A stretch of 63,951 nt of DNA, filler included, from an uncultured bacterium (GTDB lineage Bacteria > Latescibacterota > UBA2968): the NCBI GenBank assembly GCA_964471275.1. It is 4 parts of 4 records of this genome, joined end to end, with 100 filler letters (N's around TTAATTAATTAA, not from the genome) between each part and the next. Parts side by side here need not be neighbours in the genome. Positions count along the whole stretch, not along the records: positions 1 to 17,595 come from CAYYGZ010000079.1; positions 17,696 to 35,174 come from CAYYGZ010000080.1; 2 more parts are not named here. One strand, written 5' to 3'. How positions within the stretch are numbered: position 1 is the stretch's first letter; each line of letters starts with the position of its first letter. This document shows, piece by piece, positions 10,017-19,989 of the stretch. The notes under the pieces were generated by a model. That model was not told the DNA's origin. It was given only the letters and a program-made list of their open reading frames with translations, and made no database searches. A program made the position numbers and the translations under genes.

Positions 10017-11372
10017 ATGGAAGTGATTATTGTGGGTGCGGGACAGGCGGGGAATCATATTGCTCAGGCACTTACCCAGGAAAAACACAATGTTACGCTG
10101 ATTGACCCGGATCGCCGGAGGCTGGATCGCGCTGAGGAGCTTCTGGATGTGCGTACCGTGTGCGATCACGGGGCAAGTCCGCGTGTACTCGAGCGCGCCG
10201 GCGCGGCTGATGCGAACCTCGTGGCCGCGGTGACGAACAGCGACGAGGTCAATCTGATCTCTGCGGTGACCGCGAAGGAGCTGGGAGCGACGCTCACGGC
10301 AGCCCGGGTGTATGATCAGGCCTATCACGGGGGCGCAAAGGTCGAATATCGAAACCTCCTTGGTATCGATCTGATCATTTCTCCGCAGGCGCTCGCGGCT
10401 TTTGAGATTGCCAAGCTGATAGAGAATCCCGCTGCCGTGATGGTCGAGACGTTTGCACACGGCCGCGTTCAAATGCGGGAGATGGTTGTGCGGCACGACT
10501 CAGCGGCGTCGGGGCGTCGAATACGAGATCTCTTCCCGCCAGACCGTCGAGAAGGCGCGTTGGCTGTATCGATCACGCGGGGTGAGCGCGTCGCCGTCCC
10601 CGGACCGGACGACTACGTCCGCGACGGGGATCTCGTGACGGTTGTGATGCCGTCAGGTGCGACCAAGCGGGTTCGTGAGCTCTTTCATGAAACAGCAGCA
10701 CCGGCAAAGAGCGTCGTCATCGCCGGCGGGGGGACAACCGCGATGATGCTGGCGCAGACGCTCGAGAGCCAGCACAAGGAGATAAAACTGATCGAGCAGG
10801 ATCGCGGCCGGTGTGACGAGCTTGCGAGGGCGTTGGTCAGGACGCAGGTCATCCACGGTGACGCGACCCGACAATCGATACTGGAAGAGGAGCGGATCGA
10901 GGACGCCGACATCTTTGTTGCGATGTGCGGAGAGGATGAAGTCAACCTGATGTCTGCACTCCAGGCGCGCGCGATGGGTGTGAAGCACGTAACGGTGACG
11001 GTGAATCGGGCAGACTATGCGCCACTGGTCGAGCGGATCGGAATCCAACACGCGATCAGTCCCAGAATCCTGACCGGAAACCGTGTCCTGATGTTGGTCG
11101 GTCGATTTCCGATCCTGTCGTCCGCCCTGTTGCACGAGGGTAAAGCGGAAGTGGTGGAACTTATGGCCCAGGAAAACAGCCGCGTAGCAAACCACGAGCT
11201 CGGTACGGATACACGTCTGCCGAAAGGGACGATACTGGGTGCCATCGTGAGAGGAGACGATGTGATCGTGCCGCGTGGCGGTGATATCGTGCGACCAGGC
11301 GATACGTGCATTGCCTTCACTCTCTCATCGGCCGTCGACGATCTGACACGGCTGTTCCGGGGCCGACGCTGA
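10017..11372 (+). CDS. trkA: Trk system potassium transporter NAD-binding subunit
   Basis: Two RCK_N/RCK_C pairs (IIVGAGQAG; IAGGG..GDAT; LPKGTILGAIVRG..VIVPRG), 451 aa. Confidence 0.93.
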   Translation: MEVIIVGAGQAGNHIAQALTQEKHNVTLIDPDRRRLDRAEELLDVRTVCDHGASPRVLERAGAADANLVAAVTNSDEVNLISAVTAKELGATLTAARVYDQAYHGGAKVEYRNLLGIDLIISPQALAAFEIAKLIENPAAVMVETFAHGRVQMREMVVRHDSAASGRRIRDLFPPDRREGALAVSITRGERVAVPGPDDYVRDGDLVTVVMPSGATKRVRELFHETAAPAKSVVIAGGGTTAMMLAQTLESQHKEIKLIEQDRGRCDELARALVRTQVIHGDATRQSILEEERIEDADIFVAMCGEDEVNLMSALQARAMGVKHVTVTVNRADYAPLVERIGIQHAISPRILTGNRVLMLVGRFPILSSALLHEGKAEVVELMAQENSRVANHELGTDTRLPKGTILGAIVRGDDVIVPRGGDIVRPGDTCIAFTLSSAVDDLTRLFRGRR

Positions 11373-11379
11373 TCCTGCC

Positions 11380-12831
11380 ATGAATTTCCGAGCAGTCTTC
11401 AAGCTGGTTGGTGTGCTCATCGCGCTCGTTGGTGTGTCGATGAGCTTTTCTCTTTTCTGGAGCCTGTATCTCGACGAACCGGATGTCACCGCCCTGGTTG
11501 AGTCGATCGGTATCTGTTTTCTCTGTGGCGGATTCCTCTTCCTTGCGGGGTGGCAGAGCACTCGCCCAATCCTGCGTCGGGAGGGTATGGCTGTGGTCGG
11601 GCTGGGCTGGTTGCTCGCGGCTCTGTTTGGTGCACTGCCTTTCTATCTATCAGGGGTTACGCCGCTGTTCGCGGACGCCTACTTCGAGTCGATGTCCGGC
11701 TTCACTACTACCGGGTCGACAATCCTGAGCGATATCGAGGCCTGCCCGAAAGGTGTGCTCTTCTGGCGAAGCTTCATCCACTGGCTGGGTGGGATGGGGA
11801 TCATCGTCTTGTTCGTTGCGATCCTCCCGATCCTGAGAGCAGGTGGAAAGCAACTCTTCCGATCCGAGGTGCCCGGTCCCACCGCTGACGTGCTCAGACC
11901 CCGAGTGAGCGAAACGGCCTCCATGCTATGGAAGATATACGTCAGCATATCGGCCGTTGAAGTCGTGCTTCTCTACGCGCAGGGACTGACGTTCTACGAC
12001 GCCCTCTGTCACGCTTTCGGGACGATGGCGACTGGCGGATATAGCACTAAGAACACGAGTGTCGGTCATTACGGCAGTGCCGACATCGATTGGACGATCA
12101 CGCTTTTTATGATTTTGGCCGGGACGAACTTCGGTCTCTATTACCGCTTCTTCAGCGGGGAATTCCGGGCGTTCCACAAAGACAGAGAGTGGCGGTTCTA
12201 CATTGGGATCATCGTGGGGGCCGTGGTCCTGATCACTGCAGACCTCCTGTCACACGATGTGTATACGGGCGTCATCGACGGTGTGCGCTATGCGGCGTTT
12301 CAGGTTGTCGCCATCATCACGACGACTGGATTCGGAACAGCCGACTTCGATCAGTGGCCTACACTTTCCAAGCTCGTTATTTTGTCGCTGATGTTTGTGG
12401 GAGGCTGCGCGGGATCGACCGGTGGTGGGGTAAAGGTGATTCGAATCCTCGTTCTTGCCAAGAGTGCGGCGCTGGGAACAGAGCGTGTCTTCCGGCCGCA
12501 CGTGGTGCGCGCTCTTCGCATCGGTGACACACCAGTTGATGACGAGCTGCGAGACGCCATTCACGTGTATTTCATCCTGGTCATCAGCATTTTTCTGGTC
12601 TGTTCTCTGTATATGGCCTCCCTCGGGCTGGATATCCTGACTGCGACGACATCCGTAATCGCGACGCTGAACAACATCGGGCCGGGTCTGGCCGCTGTCG
12701 GTCCCGTGAAGAATTTTTCGGCGATTCCCGATTCCGGGAAGTGGTTACTTTCACTCTGCATGGTCCTGGGTCGGCTTGAGCTCTTCGCGGTCCTGGTCCT
12801 GTTTGTGCCGTCCTTCTGGAGAGGTCGCTGA
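11380..12831 (+). CDS. trkH: Trk system potassium uptake membrane protein
   Basis: FESMSGFTTTG, WLGGMG, ATGGYS, TTTGF, GGCAGSTGGG.K, NNIGPG, GRLE. Confidence 0.95.
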   Translation: MNFRAVFKLVGVLIALVGVSMSFSLFWSLYLDEPDVTALVESIGICFLCGGFLFLAGWQSTRPILRREGMAVVGLGWLLAALFGALPFYLSGVTPLFADAYFESMSGFTTTGSTILSDIEACPKGVLFWRSFIHWLGGMGIIVLFVAILPILRAGGKQLFRSEVPGPTADVLRPRVSETASMLWKIYVSISAVEVVLLYAQGLTFYDALCHAFGTMATGGYSTKNTSVGHYGSADIDWTITLFMILAGTNFGLYYRFFSGEFRAFHKDREWRFYIGIIVGAVVLITADLLSHDVYTGVIDGVRYAAFQVVAIITTTGFGTADFDQWPTLSKLVILSLMFVGGCAGSTGGGVKVIRILVLAKSAALGTERVFRPHVVRALRIGDTPVDDELRDAIHVYFILVISIFLVCSLYMASLGLDILTATTSVIATLNNIGPGLAAVGPVKNFSAIPDSGKWLLSLCMVLGRLELFAVLVLFVPSFWRGR

Positions 12832-12832
12832 C

Positions 12833-13366
12833 GTGATCATCAGACCGGGGTCTTTGCGTTTCCGAGCGTCGGGTGATACCGTTGAAATTGAGATCGACGG
12901 CAAGTCGTATCCTGTCGATCGTGTGACGAAGGCTTTTCCGAAAACCGATCCTGGGGCATATGTGAGTTTTCTGGATCGACTGGGTCACGAGATCGGGTTG
13001 CTCGAGTCGACGGATGGTATGGACACGGAATCGAAGTTGGAGCTGATCGACCATCTGAAGCGGATCTACTACGTCCCGGCGATCCAGGAGATCCATCACG
13101 TGGAAGCCACTGGGACAACGAGTCGATGGCACGTGAGGACCGATGAGGGTGAACGCACGTTCCAGATTCCTGGGCGCGAGTCTCTCGATTGCGACAAGCC
13201 TCCGGCAATGCAGATAACCGATTCCGAGGGACGCCGGTATCAGATCCAGAACTACTGGAAACTGGACAAGGAGAGTCGCCAGGCGATTAAGGGACTCCTG
13301 CCCGACAAGATCGTGAAGTCTAGGCTTGCCCCGAAATCCAAGGGTACCGCCATGCGGATGCGCTAG
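12833..13366 (+). CDS. DUF1854-like protein
   Basis: RV.KAFP..DP..YVSFLD..G.EIG, YYVPAI..I, W.V.TD.G.RTF, ITDSEGRRY.I.....LDKESR pattern. GTG start just after the trkH stop. Confidence 0.7.
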   Translation: MIIRPGSLRFRASGDTVEIEIDGKSYPVDRVTKAFPKTDPGAYVSFLDRLGHEIGLLESTDGMDTESKLELIDHLKRIYYVPAIQEIHHVEATGTTSRWHVRTDEGERTFQIPGRESLDCDKPPAMQITDSEGRRYQIQNYWKLDKESRQAIKGLLPDKIVKSRLAPKSKGTAMRMR

Positions 13367-13369
13367 CCT

Positions 13370-14386
13370 ATGCGCCCATCGATACGCTTTACTGTCGCCT
13401 TCTGCCTACTGGTATCCCTTATTTCCGGTGGGACGCTTGGCTACGCGGTCATCGAAGGTTGGTCTGTTTTCGACAGCCTCTATATGACGATGATTACGAT
13501 CACGACCGTCGGATACGGTGAAGTTCAGGAGCTCTCCGAGGCTGGTCGGTCATTCACGATTCTTCTCCTGCTTTTCAGTATTGCGATCGCGGGCTACTCC
13601 GTCTCCACGCTCATCAGCTTTGTCTTCGAAGGCCAGATCGTACAGCTCATGCGAGGTCGTCGTATGCAACGTTTCATCACAAACCTTAACGATCACTACA
13701 TCATCTGCGGCTGCGGCATTGTCGGGAAGGAAGTGGCACTCGAGTTTCAGCACTCGGGAGTTCCCTTCGTGATTATCGAACGCAACCCGGAGTCATCCGA
13801 ACTGGGTCGGGATGAAACGATCCTGTTCGTGGAAGGGGATGCGGAGGAGGAGGAGACGCTGACCGAGGCAGGGATCGAACGGGCAAAGGGACTGGTTGCC
13901 GCTCTCCGGCAGGATGAGGCGAACGTGTTTGTCGTCCTGACGGCGCGTCAGATGCATCCGGAGCTGACAATCGTAGCACGCGCAGCGGAGGAAAAAACCG
14001 TTGGAAAACTGATCCGAGCGGGTGCCAATCGTGTGATCTCGCCGTATCAGATCGCAGGACGTCGGATCGCTTCTGTGATTCTGAGGCCAACCGTCATGAA
14101 CTTCCTGGATGTTGTCGTTGAAGGCGGCGATGTTTCGATGCGTCTGGAGGAAGTCACCGTCCAGTCTGGCTGCGATATGGTGGGCAAGGCACTGCGTGAT
14201 TCGGGGATCGGAAAACGAACCGGTGCGATCATAGTGGGAATACAGGGGACGGACGGTGAAGCGCGGGGCGACCGCACCTCGGACACGCCTCTCTCCACGG
14301 TTGTGATCAAGGAGGGCGATATTTTGATCGCCCTGGGGAGTGAGGAGCACCTTAAGACACTCAGTGCGTTCGCGGAGGGTTCCTGA
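13370..14386 (+). CDS. Potassium channel protein with RCK domains (MthK/Kch-like)
   Basis: Two TM helices flanking the TTVGYGE selectivity filter, then HYIICGCG.VG RCK_N and a C-terminal RCK_C. Confidence 0.93.
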   Translation: MRPSIRFTVAFCLLVSLISGGTLGYAVIEGWSVFDSLYMTMITITTVGYGEVQELSEAGRSFTILLLLFSIAIAGYSVSTLISFVFEGQIVQLMRGRRMQRFITNLNDHYIICGCGIVGKEVALEFQHSGVPFVIIERNPESSELGRDETILFVEGDAEEEETLTEAGIERAKGLVAALRQDEANVFVVLTARQMHPELTIVARAAEEKTVGKLIRAGANRVISPYQIAGRRIASVILRPTVMNFLDVVVEGGDVSMRLEEVTVQSGCDMVGKALRDSGIGKRTGAIIVGIQGTDGEARGDRTSDTPLSTVVIKEGDILIALGSEEHLKTLSAFAEGS

Positions 14387-14502
14387 CCCCTGGAAGGCCA
14401 CTCTTCGCACGCTTCGGTCCGGTTGTATCGATCCTCCTGATCGAGCTGGGATGTGTCGGCGCGCTTCTACTGGGTGATCTTGGTCGGAGCGTACCGCTCT
14501 TC

Positions 14503-15747
14503 TTGTTTGGATACGCGCTCGCTTTCACGGGCTATGTATTGGCAATCGGGACCAGCGAGGGTCGGTCTCTCAAGGTTGTCGTGATCTGGGGGCTGGTGTT
14601 CCGGGGAACGCTCGTGCTGGCCGAGCCGTCGCTCTCGGATGACATCTTCCGCTATCTCTGGGATGGGCTTGTTCAGGTCGAAGGGATCAATCCGTATCGT
14701 TATGCCCCGTCGTCGGATTCGCTGTCGGGGATCGGCCATCTGGAGATTCTCGCTCAAGTCAACCATCCGAACCTGCCTACGATCTACCCGCCTTTCGCCC
14801 AACTATTCTACCGAGCCTGCGCAACCGTTTCGCCAAACATCTGGTCCATCAAAGCGGCGATCTGCCTGTGGGATTGCCTGACACTTCTGTTTCTCTCCGG
14901 ACTTGCCCGTTCCTACGATATCCCGTCATCTGCAGTCGTCATCTTCTTCTGGAATCCACTTGTGTTGCTGGAAGGTGCTGGACACGGCCATATCGATTCG
15001 GTCGGCGTTTCGCTTCTCGTCGTGTCTCTACTGTATCTTCGGTTGCGTGGTTACGGACGCGCGGGGGCGATTCTTGGCCTAGCCGCCCTGACGAAGTTCA
15101 TTCCCGTGCTGGTGCTCCCGGCCTTCTGGCGCTGGGCGGGAAAAGCGGAAGCCAATGGCAGGTCCACACTTGTCGCGATGTTCACCACCCGTGCAATCCT
15201 GTTTCCCGTAGCGTTCCTCGCACTCGTGACGGCCGGGTATCTGTGTTTTCTGGATGTGGGGTGGGGGGTGCTGGGGTCCTTCCAGTTCTATGCATCGACC
15301 TGGGAGTTTAACGCGCTTCTCTACGGCCTCCTGATTGACGTGGGGGTTGGTGGGGAGGCCGCTCGTTTGATTCTGGGGAGCACGCTGGTTGCGGCAATTC
15401 TCGCGATATCGATCAACCGAATGCCGCCGGTCCAGGCTGCCTACTACTGTGTGGGTGCCTTCCTGGCGCTGACGCCCACGCTCCACCCGTGGTATGTACT
15501 GTGGATCATACCGTTCCTCTGTTTCTACGGGAACCGTGGCTGGATTGCGCTGAGCGGGCTGATCGTGCTCGCGTATCGTGTCCTGAGTCGGTATCGGGCA
15601 GATGGTGTTTGGGAAGAGGAGGCGTGGGTGCGGTGGGTGATCGTCGGCGGAGCTCTGGCCGCGTGGCTATGGCCTCGACTGTCAATATACCTGAATAAAG
15701 AAGAGGGGGAACAGCCTGTCGGCGATCCCCCCTCTGACCAATCGTAG
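14503..15747 (+). CDS. Membrane glycosyltransferase, GT87/DUF2029-like (true start may be near 14383)
   Basis: SDDIFRYLWDG, GINPYRYAP, TIYPP, WNPL, GH.D, HPWY motifs, multiple TM segments. Frame stays open upstream to a CTG overlapping the channel stop. Confidence 0.8.
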   Translation: MFGYALAFTGYVLAIGTSEGRSLKVVVIWGLVFRGTLVLAEPSLSDDIFRYLWDGLVQVEGINPYRYAPSSDSLSGIGHLEILAQVNHPNLPTIYPPFAQLFYRACATVSPNIWSIKAAICLWDCLTLLFLSGLARSYDIPSSAVVIFFWNPLVLLEGAGHGHIDSVGVSLLVVSLLYLRLRGYGRAGAILGLAALTKFIPVLVLPAFWRWAGKAEANGRSTLVAMFTTRAILFPVAFLALVTAGYLCFLDVGWGVLGSFQFYASTWEFNALLYGLLIDVGVGGEAARLILGSTLVAAILAISINRMPPVQAAYYCVGAFLALTPTLHPWYVLWIIPFLCFYGNRGWIALSGLIVLAYRVLSRYRADGVWEEEAWVRWVIVGGALAAWLWPRLSIYLNKEEGEQPVGDPPSDQS

Positions 15748-15758
15748 TTCCTTGTGTA

Positions 15759-16895
15759 TCATCCGACAGGCGCGCTGTCAGCCGGTTCGGTCTTCTTCTG
15801 ATCACCGTGCGCGCCACCGGGAGGCTCTGGTCCACGGTCTGATCCGCTGCCAGAGGTGGTAGAGCTGGTATTCGAACTCGACCCCTCGATGACAGCGGGC
15901 ACCAGAAACGACTTCTTGCCGAAGCTCTTGTAGATGTCCGGTATGTATTTGCAGTGGAAGGCCGCCCTTCGGCTTGTCTTCTCGCCCGGCCGTAGATGCT
16001 GATCCTTGTTGAGCGCGATGAACGGCTGTTTGATGTTGTAATCGCCATTCTGCGTGTTCGACATGGCGAAGGAAATCGTGTAGCCTAGCGTCTCGTCCAT
16101 GGCTTCGAAGGAGATGTCATCCGCTTCTGAAGCGACGACGACGAACGGAGACAGGATCGCAGCCGCCAGCCCGATGTCGTCGAATGCTGATGCGCAATCC
16201 ACGACGATGTAGTTATAGCGTTTCAGAGCCTTGACACTGGCGAGGGGCTGGGAGAATCGCTCGACAACATAGCTGAGGTTCTGGCTCCGATACTCACGAA
16301 GAAAGAGACTGTTGTTGATGTTGGACTGCTGGTCCTTTGTGTAGTAGGAAGGGAGGATGTCGATGACCTTCCCCCCTAGCGACGGATCTATGTGCGGCAC
16401 CGCGCGCTCGATATCCCCGAGCTATCGCTCGATTTCCAGGCCATCCAGTCCCAGCAGTGCTTTGTAGCAGGATGTGTGTCCCTCGGCGATGACCTTGCGC
16501 CCGAGGAAGATCAAATTGGTCAGCGACTTTGTCGCAAAATCAGCGTTCAGAAGCAGCACGTTATAGCCGCTGGACTGCAGGATCTTCCCGAGGTTGGTCG
16601 CCAGAACTGTCTTCCTGGATCCACCTTTTGGTGATAGAAAGGCAATCAGCTTACAGGATGAATCGGTCGCGCCGGATGCGACCTGAACCTGAAGATCCAA
16701 GCTTTTTCTCGGCAGCCGGATCTCTATCGTGTGCTTGTCGTGTTGGCTGGTGCGCCCGGAACCATTTTGCTTTGACGAAGAATTGGTTGCACCGTTACCG
16801 CTGGAATCGTCCGGATTTGCCATTCTAGTCTCCTGATGGGGGATCAGGACGTGAGCTTCGCGCTTGCCACAATGGGAAGGCAGCATCGCGAACAT
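15759..16895 (-). pseudogene. ParA/MinD-like ATPase, degenerate, split by an in-frame TAG
   Basis: ORFs 16422-16895 and 15759-16400 are in the same frame, 7 codons apart, with TAG at 16422-16424. Walker A reads KGGSRKT, followed by VLLLNAD and YNYIVVDC. Confidence 0.7.
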
Positions 16896-17064
16896 CTTGA
16901 TAATTCAGGATTTATCGACCGTAACCTGGCGTGTCAAGATGAAAAGCGGTATACGGGCGTGTCTTCATTCTCGAGGATACGCCTTCGACAGCGAAGGTGG
17001 CCGCTGAACTGTACGGTTTGTCGCGGCCGGGAGCAACCGACTGTATTTTATGGGCTTAGCAGCC

Positions 17065-17093
17065 TTGACTCGTGTGCAGAGCTTTTATACATT
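17065..17093 (+). promoter_or_regulatory. Sigma70-type promoter upstream of the zinc-ribbon gene
   Basis: TTGACT (17065-17070), 17-nt spacer, TACATT (17088-17093). Confidence 0.55.
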
Positions 17094-17131
17094 TATACGC
17101 TGTTCGAGATCCCATACTCTCTGGAGTGCGT

Positions 17132-17476
17132 ATGCCAACCTACGAATATCAGTGTAAGAACTGTAAACACCTATTTGAGGAGTTTCAGTCGATCACGGCG
17201 AAACCTCTCAAGAAGTGTCCTGAGTGCAAGAAGATAAAGCTTCAGCGTCTAATTGGCGGAGGAGCTGGACTCCTCTTTAAAGGCTCCGGGTTCTACATCA
17301 CGGACTACCGCAGCGACAGTTACAAGGCGGCCGCAAAGAAGGACTCCGGTTCAGGATCGGGTGGTGGAGATTCAAAGGGTGGCGGGTCTGATTCTAAGAG
17401 TAAGGGTTCCGATTCTAAGAGTAAGGGTTCCGATTCGAAGAAGGCGACTGGATCGGGTAAAGCGAAATCCGATTGA
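17132..17476 (+). CDS. FmdB family zinc-ribbon regulatory protein with G/S/K-rich tail
   Basis: MPTYEYQCKNC...CPEC...FKGSGFYITDY signature. GGAG RBS before ATG 17132. Confidence 0.9.
   Translation: MPTYEYQCKNCKHLFEEFQSITAKPLKKCPECKKIKLQRLIGGGAGLLFKGSGFYITDYRSDSYKAAAKKDSGSGSGGGDSKGGGSDSKSKGSDSKSKGSDSKKATGSGKAKSD
17390..17440 (+). repeat. 21-bp tandem repeat GATTCTAAGAGTAAGGGTTCC (2 copies plus a partial third), encoding DSKSKGS
   Basis: Read directly from the sequence. Confidence 0.85.
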
Positions 17477-17595
17477 TTCGCTGTGATCGAGTCATTAGTT
17501 CGACTGATTTCTGGAACTTAGATAGCGTTAAGGAGTTAATCGTATCGTGTCTATCGGGGACGTTGTTAACAACAGGATATGTGGCATTTACCGTG

Positions 17596-17695
17596 NNNNN
17601 NNNNNNNNNNNNNNNNNNNNNNNNNNNNNNNNNNNNNNNTTAATTAATTAANNNNNNNNNNNNNNNNNNNNNNNNNNNNNNNNNNNNNNNNNNNN
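17596..17695. other. Artificial contig linker (N44-TTAATTAATTAA-N44)
   Basis: Six-frame stop spacer within Ns, with an identical structure at three places in the window. Confidence 0.97.
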
Positions 17696-18179
17696 GATTT
17701 CCCCTGCTCAGGCTTATCGGGTACGTGAAGCCGACCGCGAAGGCGAAATACGTGAGAATGCAAAGCTTCAACGAGTCGGACCAGGCCCAGTGCAAGAAGG
17801 CGCAAGACGGGTATCCGTGACCGTACTACGAAGGGTTAACGATCGAGGAAGCACAGAACGAGTTGACCATGACGGTCACAGGGATCTACGGTCACGAGCT
17901 GCCAAAGCAGCACGGGGCCCACTCCGACTCGTCGTGCCGTGGAAGTATGGCTACAAGAGCATAAAGTCCATCGTGAAGATCGAGTTCACGCGTCGCAAAC
18001 CTGACACTTTCTGGAACACGCTTGCTTCGCGCGAGTATGATTTTGTGTCTAACGTCGATCCTGCGGTGCCGCATCCACGATGGTCGCAGGCGACCGAGCA
18101 GATGATCGGAACAGAGAATCGTGTACAGGCGTGGAAGTATAACGGATATCGAGAACATGTCGGTCACCTCTACAGCTAA
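17696..18179 (+). pseudogene. msrP: MsrP (YedY) methionine sulfoxide reductase catalytic subunit, 3' part, disrupted
   Basis: Reads GFPL...YP*PYYEGLTIEEAQNELT...GIYGHELPKQHGA/PLRLVVPWKYGYKSIKSIVKI...NVDP.VPHPRWSQA. TGA at 17818-17820 replaces Trp, and a 1-nt frameshift occurs near 17919. Confidence 0.85.
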
Positions 18180-18212
18180 CGAGTGAGGGAAACGGAGAGA
18201 GAACAGCAAAGG

Positions 18213-19904
18213 ATGAGGATGGAGACAAGCCGGGGTGATACATACGATCTCGGACCGTGCAGTGCCCGGTTTCGAGAGATACTGAATCAGTGGGGAGACA
18301 CCGACAGCACCAGACGGCTGTGGTAGAAGGACACATCGCTCTGGTCGGGCGAGGATGAAGACCGCTGGCTCGATTGGCTGCACGCCGTGGAAGACCACCG
18401 AGAGGGGATCCACGACATCAGATCCCTTGTCGAGGATGTGCGCTCGGATGGATTGACAGATGTTCTGATTCTGGGAATGGGGGGAAGCAGCCTTTGCCCC
18501 GAGGTGGTTTCCGAGAGCTTCGGGAAACGTGATGGCTACCCGAAAATCCACGTGCTCGATTCGACTGTTCCCGATCAGGTCAGACGATTCCGCGATGGGC
18601 TAGATCTGTCGAAGACCCTCGTGATCATAGCCAGCAAGTCTGGGGGAACGGTTGAGCCGAATGTGCTGCTGGATTACTTTATCGATCAGCTCGCATTGTC
18701 AGTCGACAATGTGGGTCAGCACGTCATCGGGGTGACAGATCCAGGATCTTCGCTCGAGGCCCGGGCTGTCAAGGAAGGATTCCGAGTTGTCCTCAAGGGT
18801 GTGGCTGAGATCGGTGGCCGGTTCTCCGCGCTCTCGAATTTCGGTTTGCTCCCGGCGGGTCTCGCTGGCGTGGATCTTGGCACGTATCTGGATCGTGCGG
18901 GCACAATGAGCGCCTTGTGCCGTGATCTGGAGCAGAACCCCGGTGTGCTTCTGGGTGCCGCCCTCGGTGCGGCTTACGAGAACCAGAGAGATAAGGTGAC
19001 TTTGCTCGTATCGCCACGGCTCTGGAATATCGGTGCTTGGATCGAGCAACTGGTTGCAGAGAGCACGGGGAAGAGGGGAGTCGGGCTTTGCCCGATCGAT
19101 CAGGAACCCCTACTGCCAACAGGTGAGTATGGGAAAGACCGANNNNNNNNNNTTGTCTATATCAGGCTGGCGAGCGGCGCCGATCCAGCCCAGGACAGGC
19201 GTATGGCCGAACTCTCGGAAGCCGGTCACCCAACCGTCACGCTCCATCTGACGGATGTAGATGACTTGGGGGCGGAGTTCTATCGGTGGGAGTTCGCCAC
19301 GGCTGTCGCCGGGTCGATTATGGGGATCAATCCGTTCAACCAGCCCAACGTCCAGGAAAGCAAAGATATCACGACGGCTCTGCTGTCGACTTACGAGAAG
19401 CAAAATGCGTTGTCCGAACCAGAGATCGTAGGCCACATCGGGGATCTGGCGGCAACGTCGAATCTGAGTGGGGAGTCGGCCGAGGCTGTTCTAGAAGAAT
19501 TGCTCTCGAGTTTTGGTTCGGGAGACTACTTCGCTATCTCAGCCTATTGTGATCGAACACCTCAATCGCGCGAGACGTTTCAGCGATTGCGAGCGCGCAT
19601 AGCTGCGGAGAGGGGAGTGGGAACTACGCTTGGATACGGACCGCGATTCCTGCACTCCACGGGTCAGCTTCATAAGGGTGGGGCAAATACCGGCGTGTTT
19701 CTACAGATCACGGTCGCAACGGATGCAGACCTAGCGATACCTGGAAAGAAAGCCACCTTTGGTGTCCTCAGCCGTGCTCAGGCGCTCGGTGACTACCAGG
19801 CTTTGATCGAAAAGAAGCGTCGTGTTGTGCGTCTCGATCTGCAGACAGGTCTCGCCGATGGCTTGCCGCAACTCGAGCGTGCCCTGGAAGATGCCCTAGC
19901 ATGA
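18213..19904 (+). CDS. Glucose-6-phosphate isomerase-like SIS protein (Tal/Pgi-type Pgi domain) with an in-frame TAG at codon 38, possible pseudogene
   Basis: GMGGSSL, SKSGGT.E, TDPGS, IGGRFSALS, EQLVAESTGK, NPFNQPNVQESK, GPRFLHSTGQLHKGG. The N-terminal RLW*KD.SLW..EDEDRWLDWL segment is in frame across TAG 18324-18326. Confidence 0.8.
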
Positions 19905-19989
19905 CAGCAAGCTCATGAATGCGGCGAAGACGGGCCGGGATGCTCAGGCCGGGATTCTGATATACCACCAAAAGGCGTAAGGAGCGTAT

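Noticed and set aside
17640..17651. TTAATTAATTAA palindrome as a regulatory or recombination site
   Set aside because: It is an artificial six-frame stop linker, repeated identically between contigs.
17818..17820. TGA as selenocysteine or Trp recoding in msrP
   Set aside because: It falls at a conserved Trp position, the gene also has a frameshift, and TGA is a normal stop elsewhere (dnaB, trkA, trkH).
16422..18326. Genome-wide amber (TAG) recoding or pyrrolysine, suggested by in-frame TAGs in the ParA-like and Pgi-like genes
   Set aside because: TAG terminates many intact genes at family-typical lengths (udg, cyclase, arsS, tetR), and in-frame TAA and TGA lesions also occur, which fits ordinary nonsense mutation.
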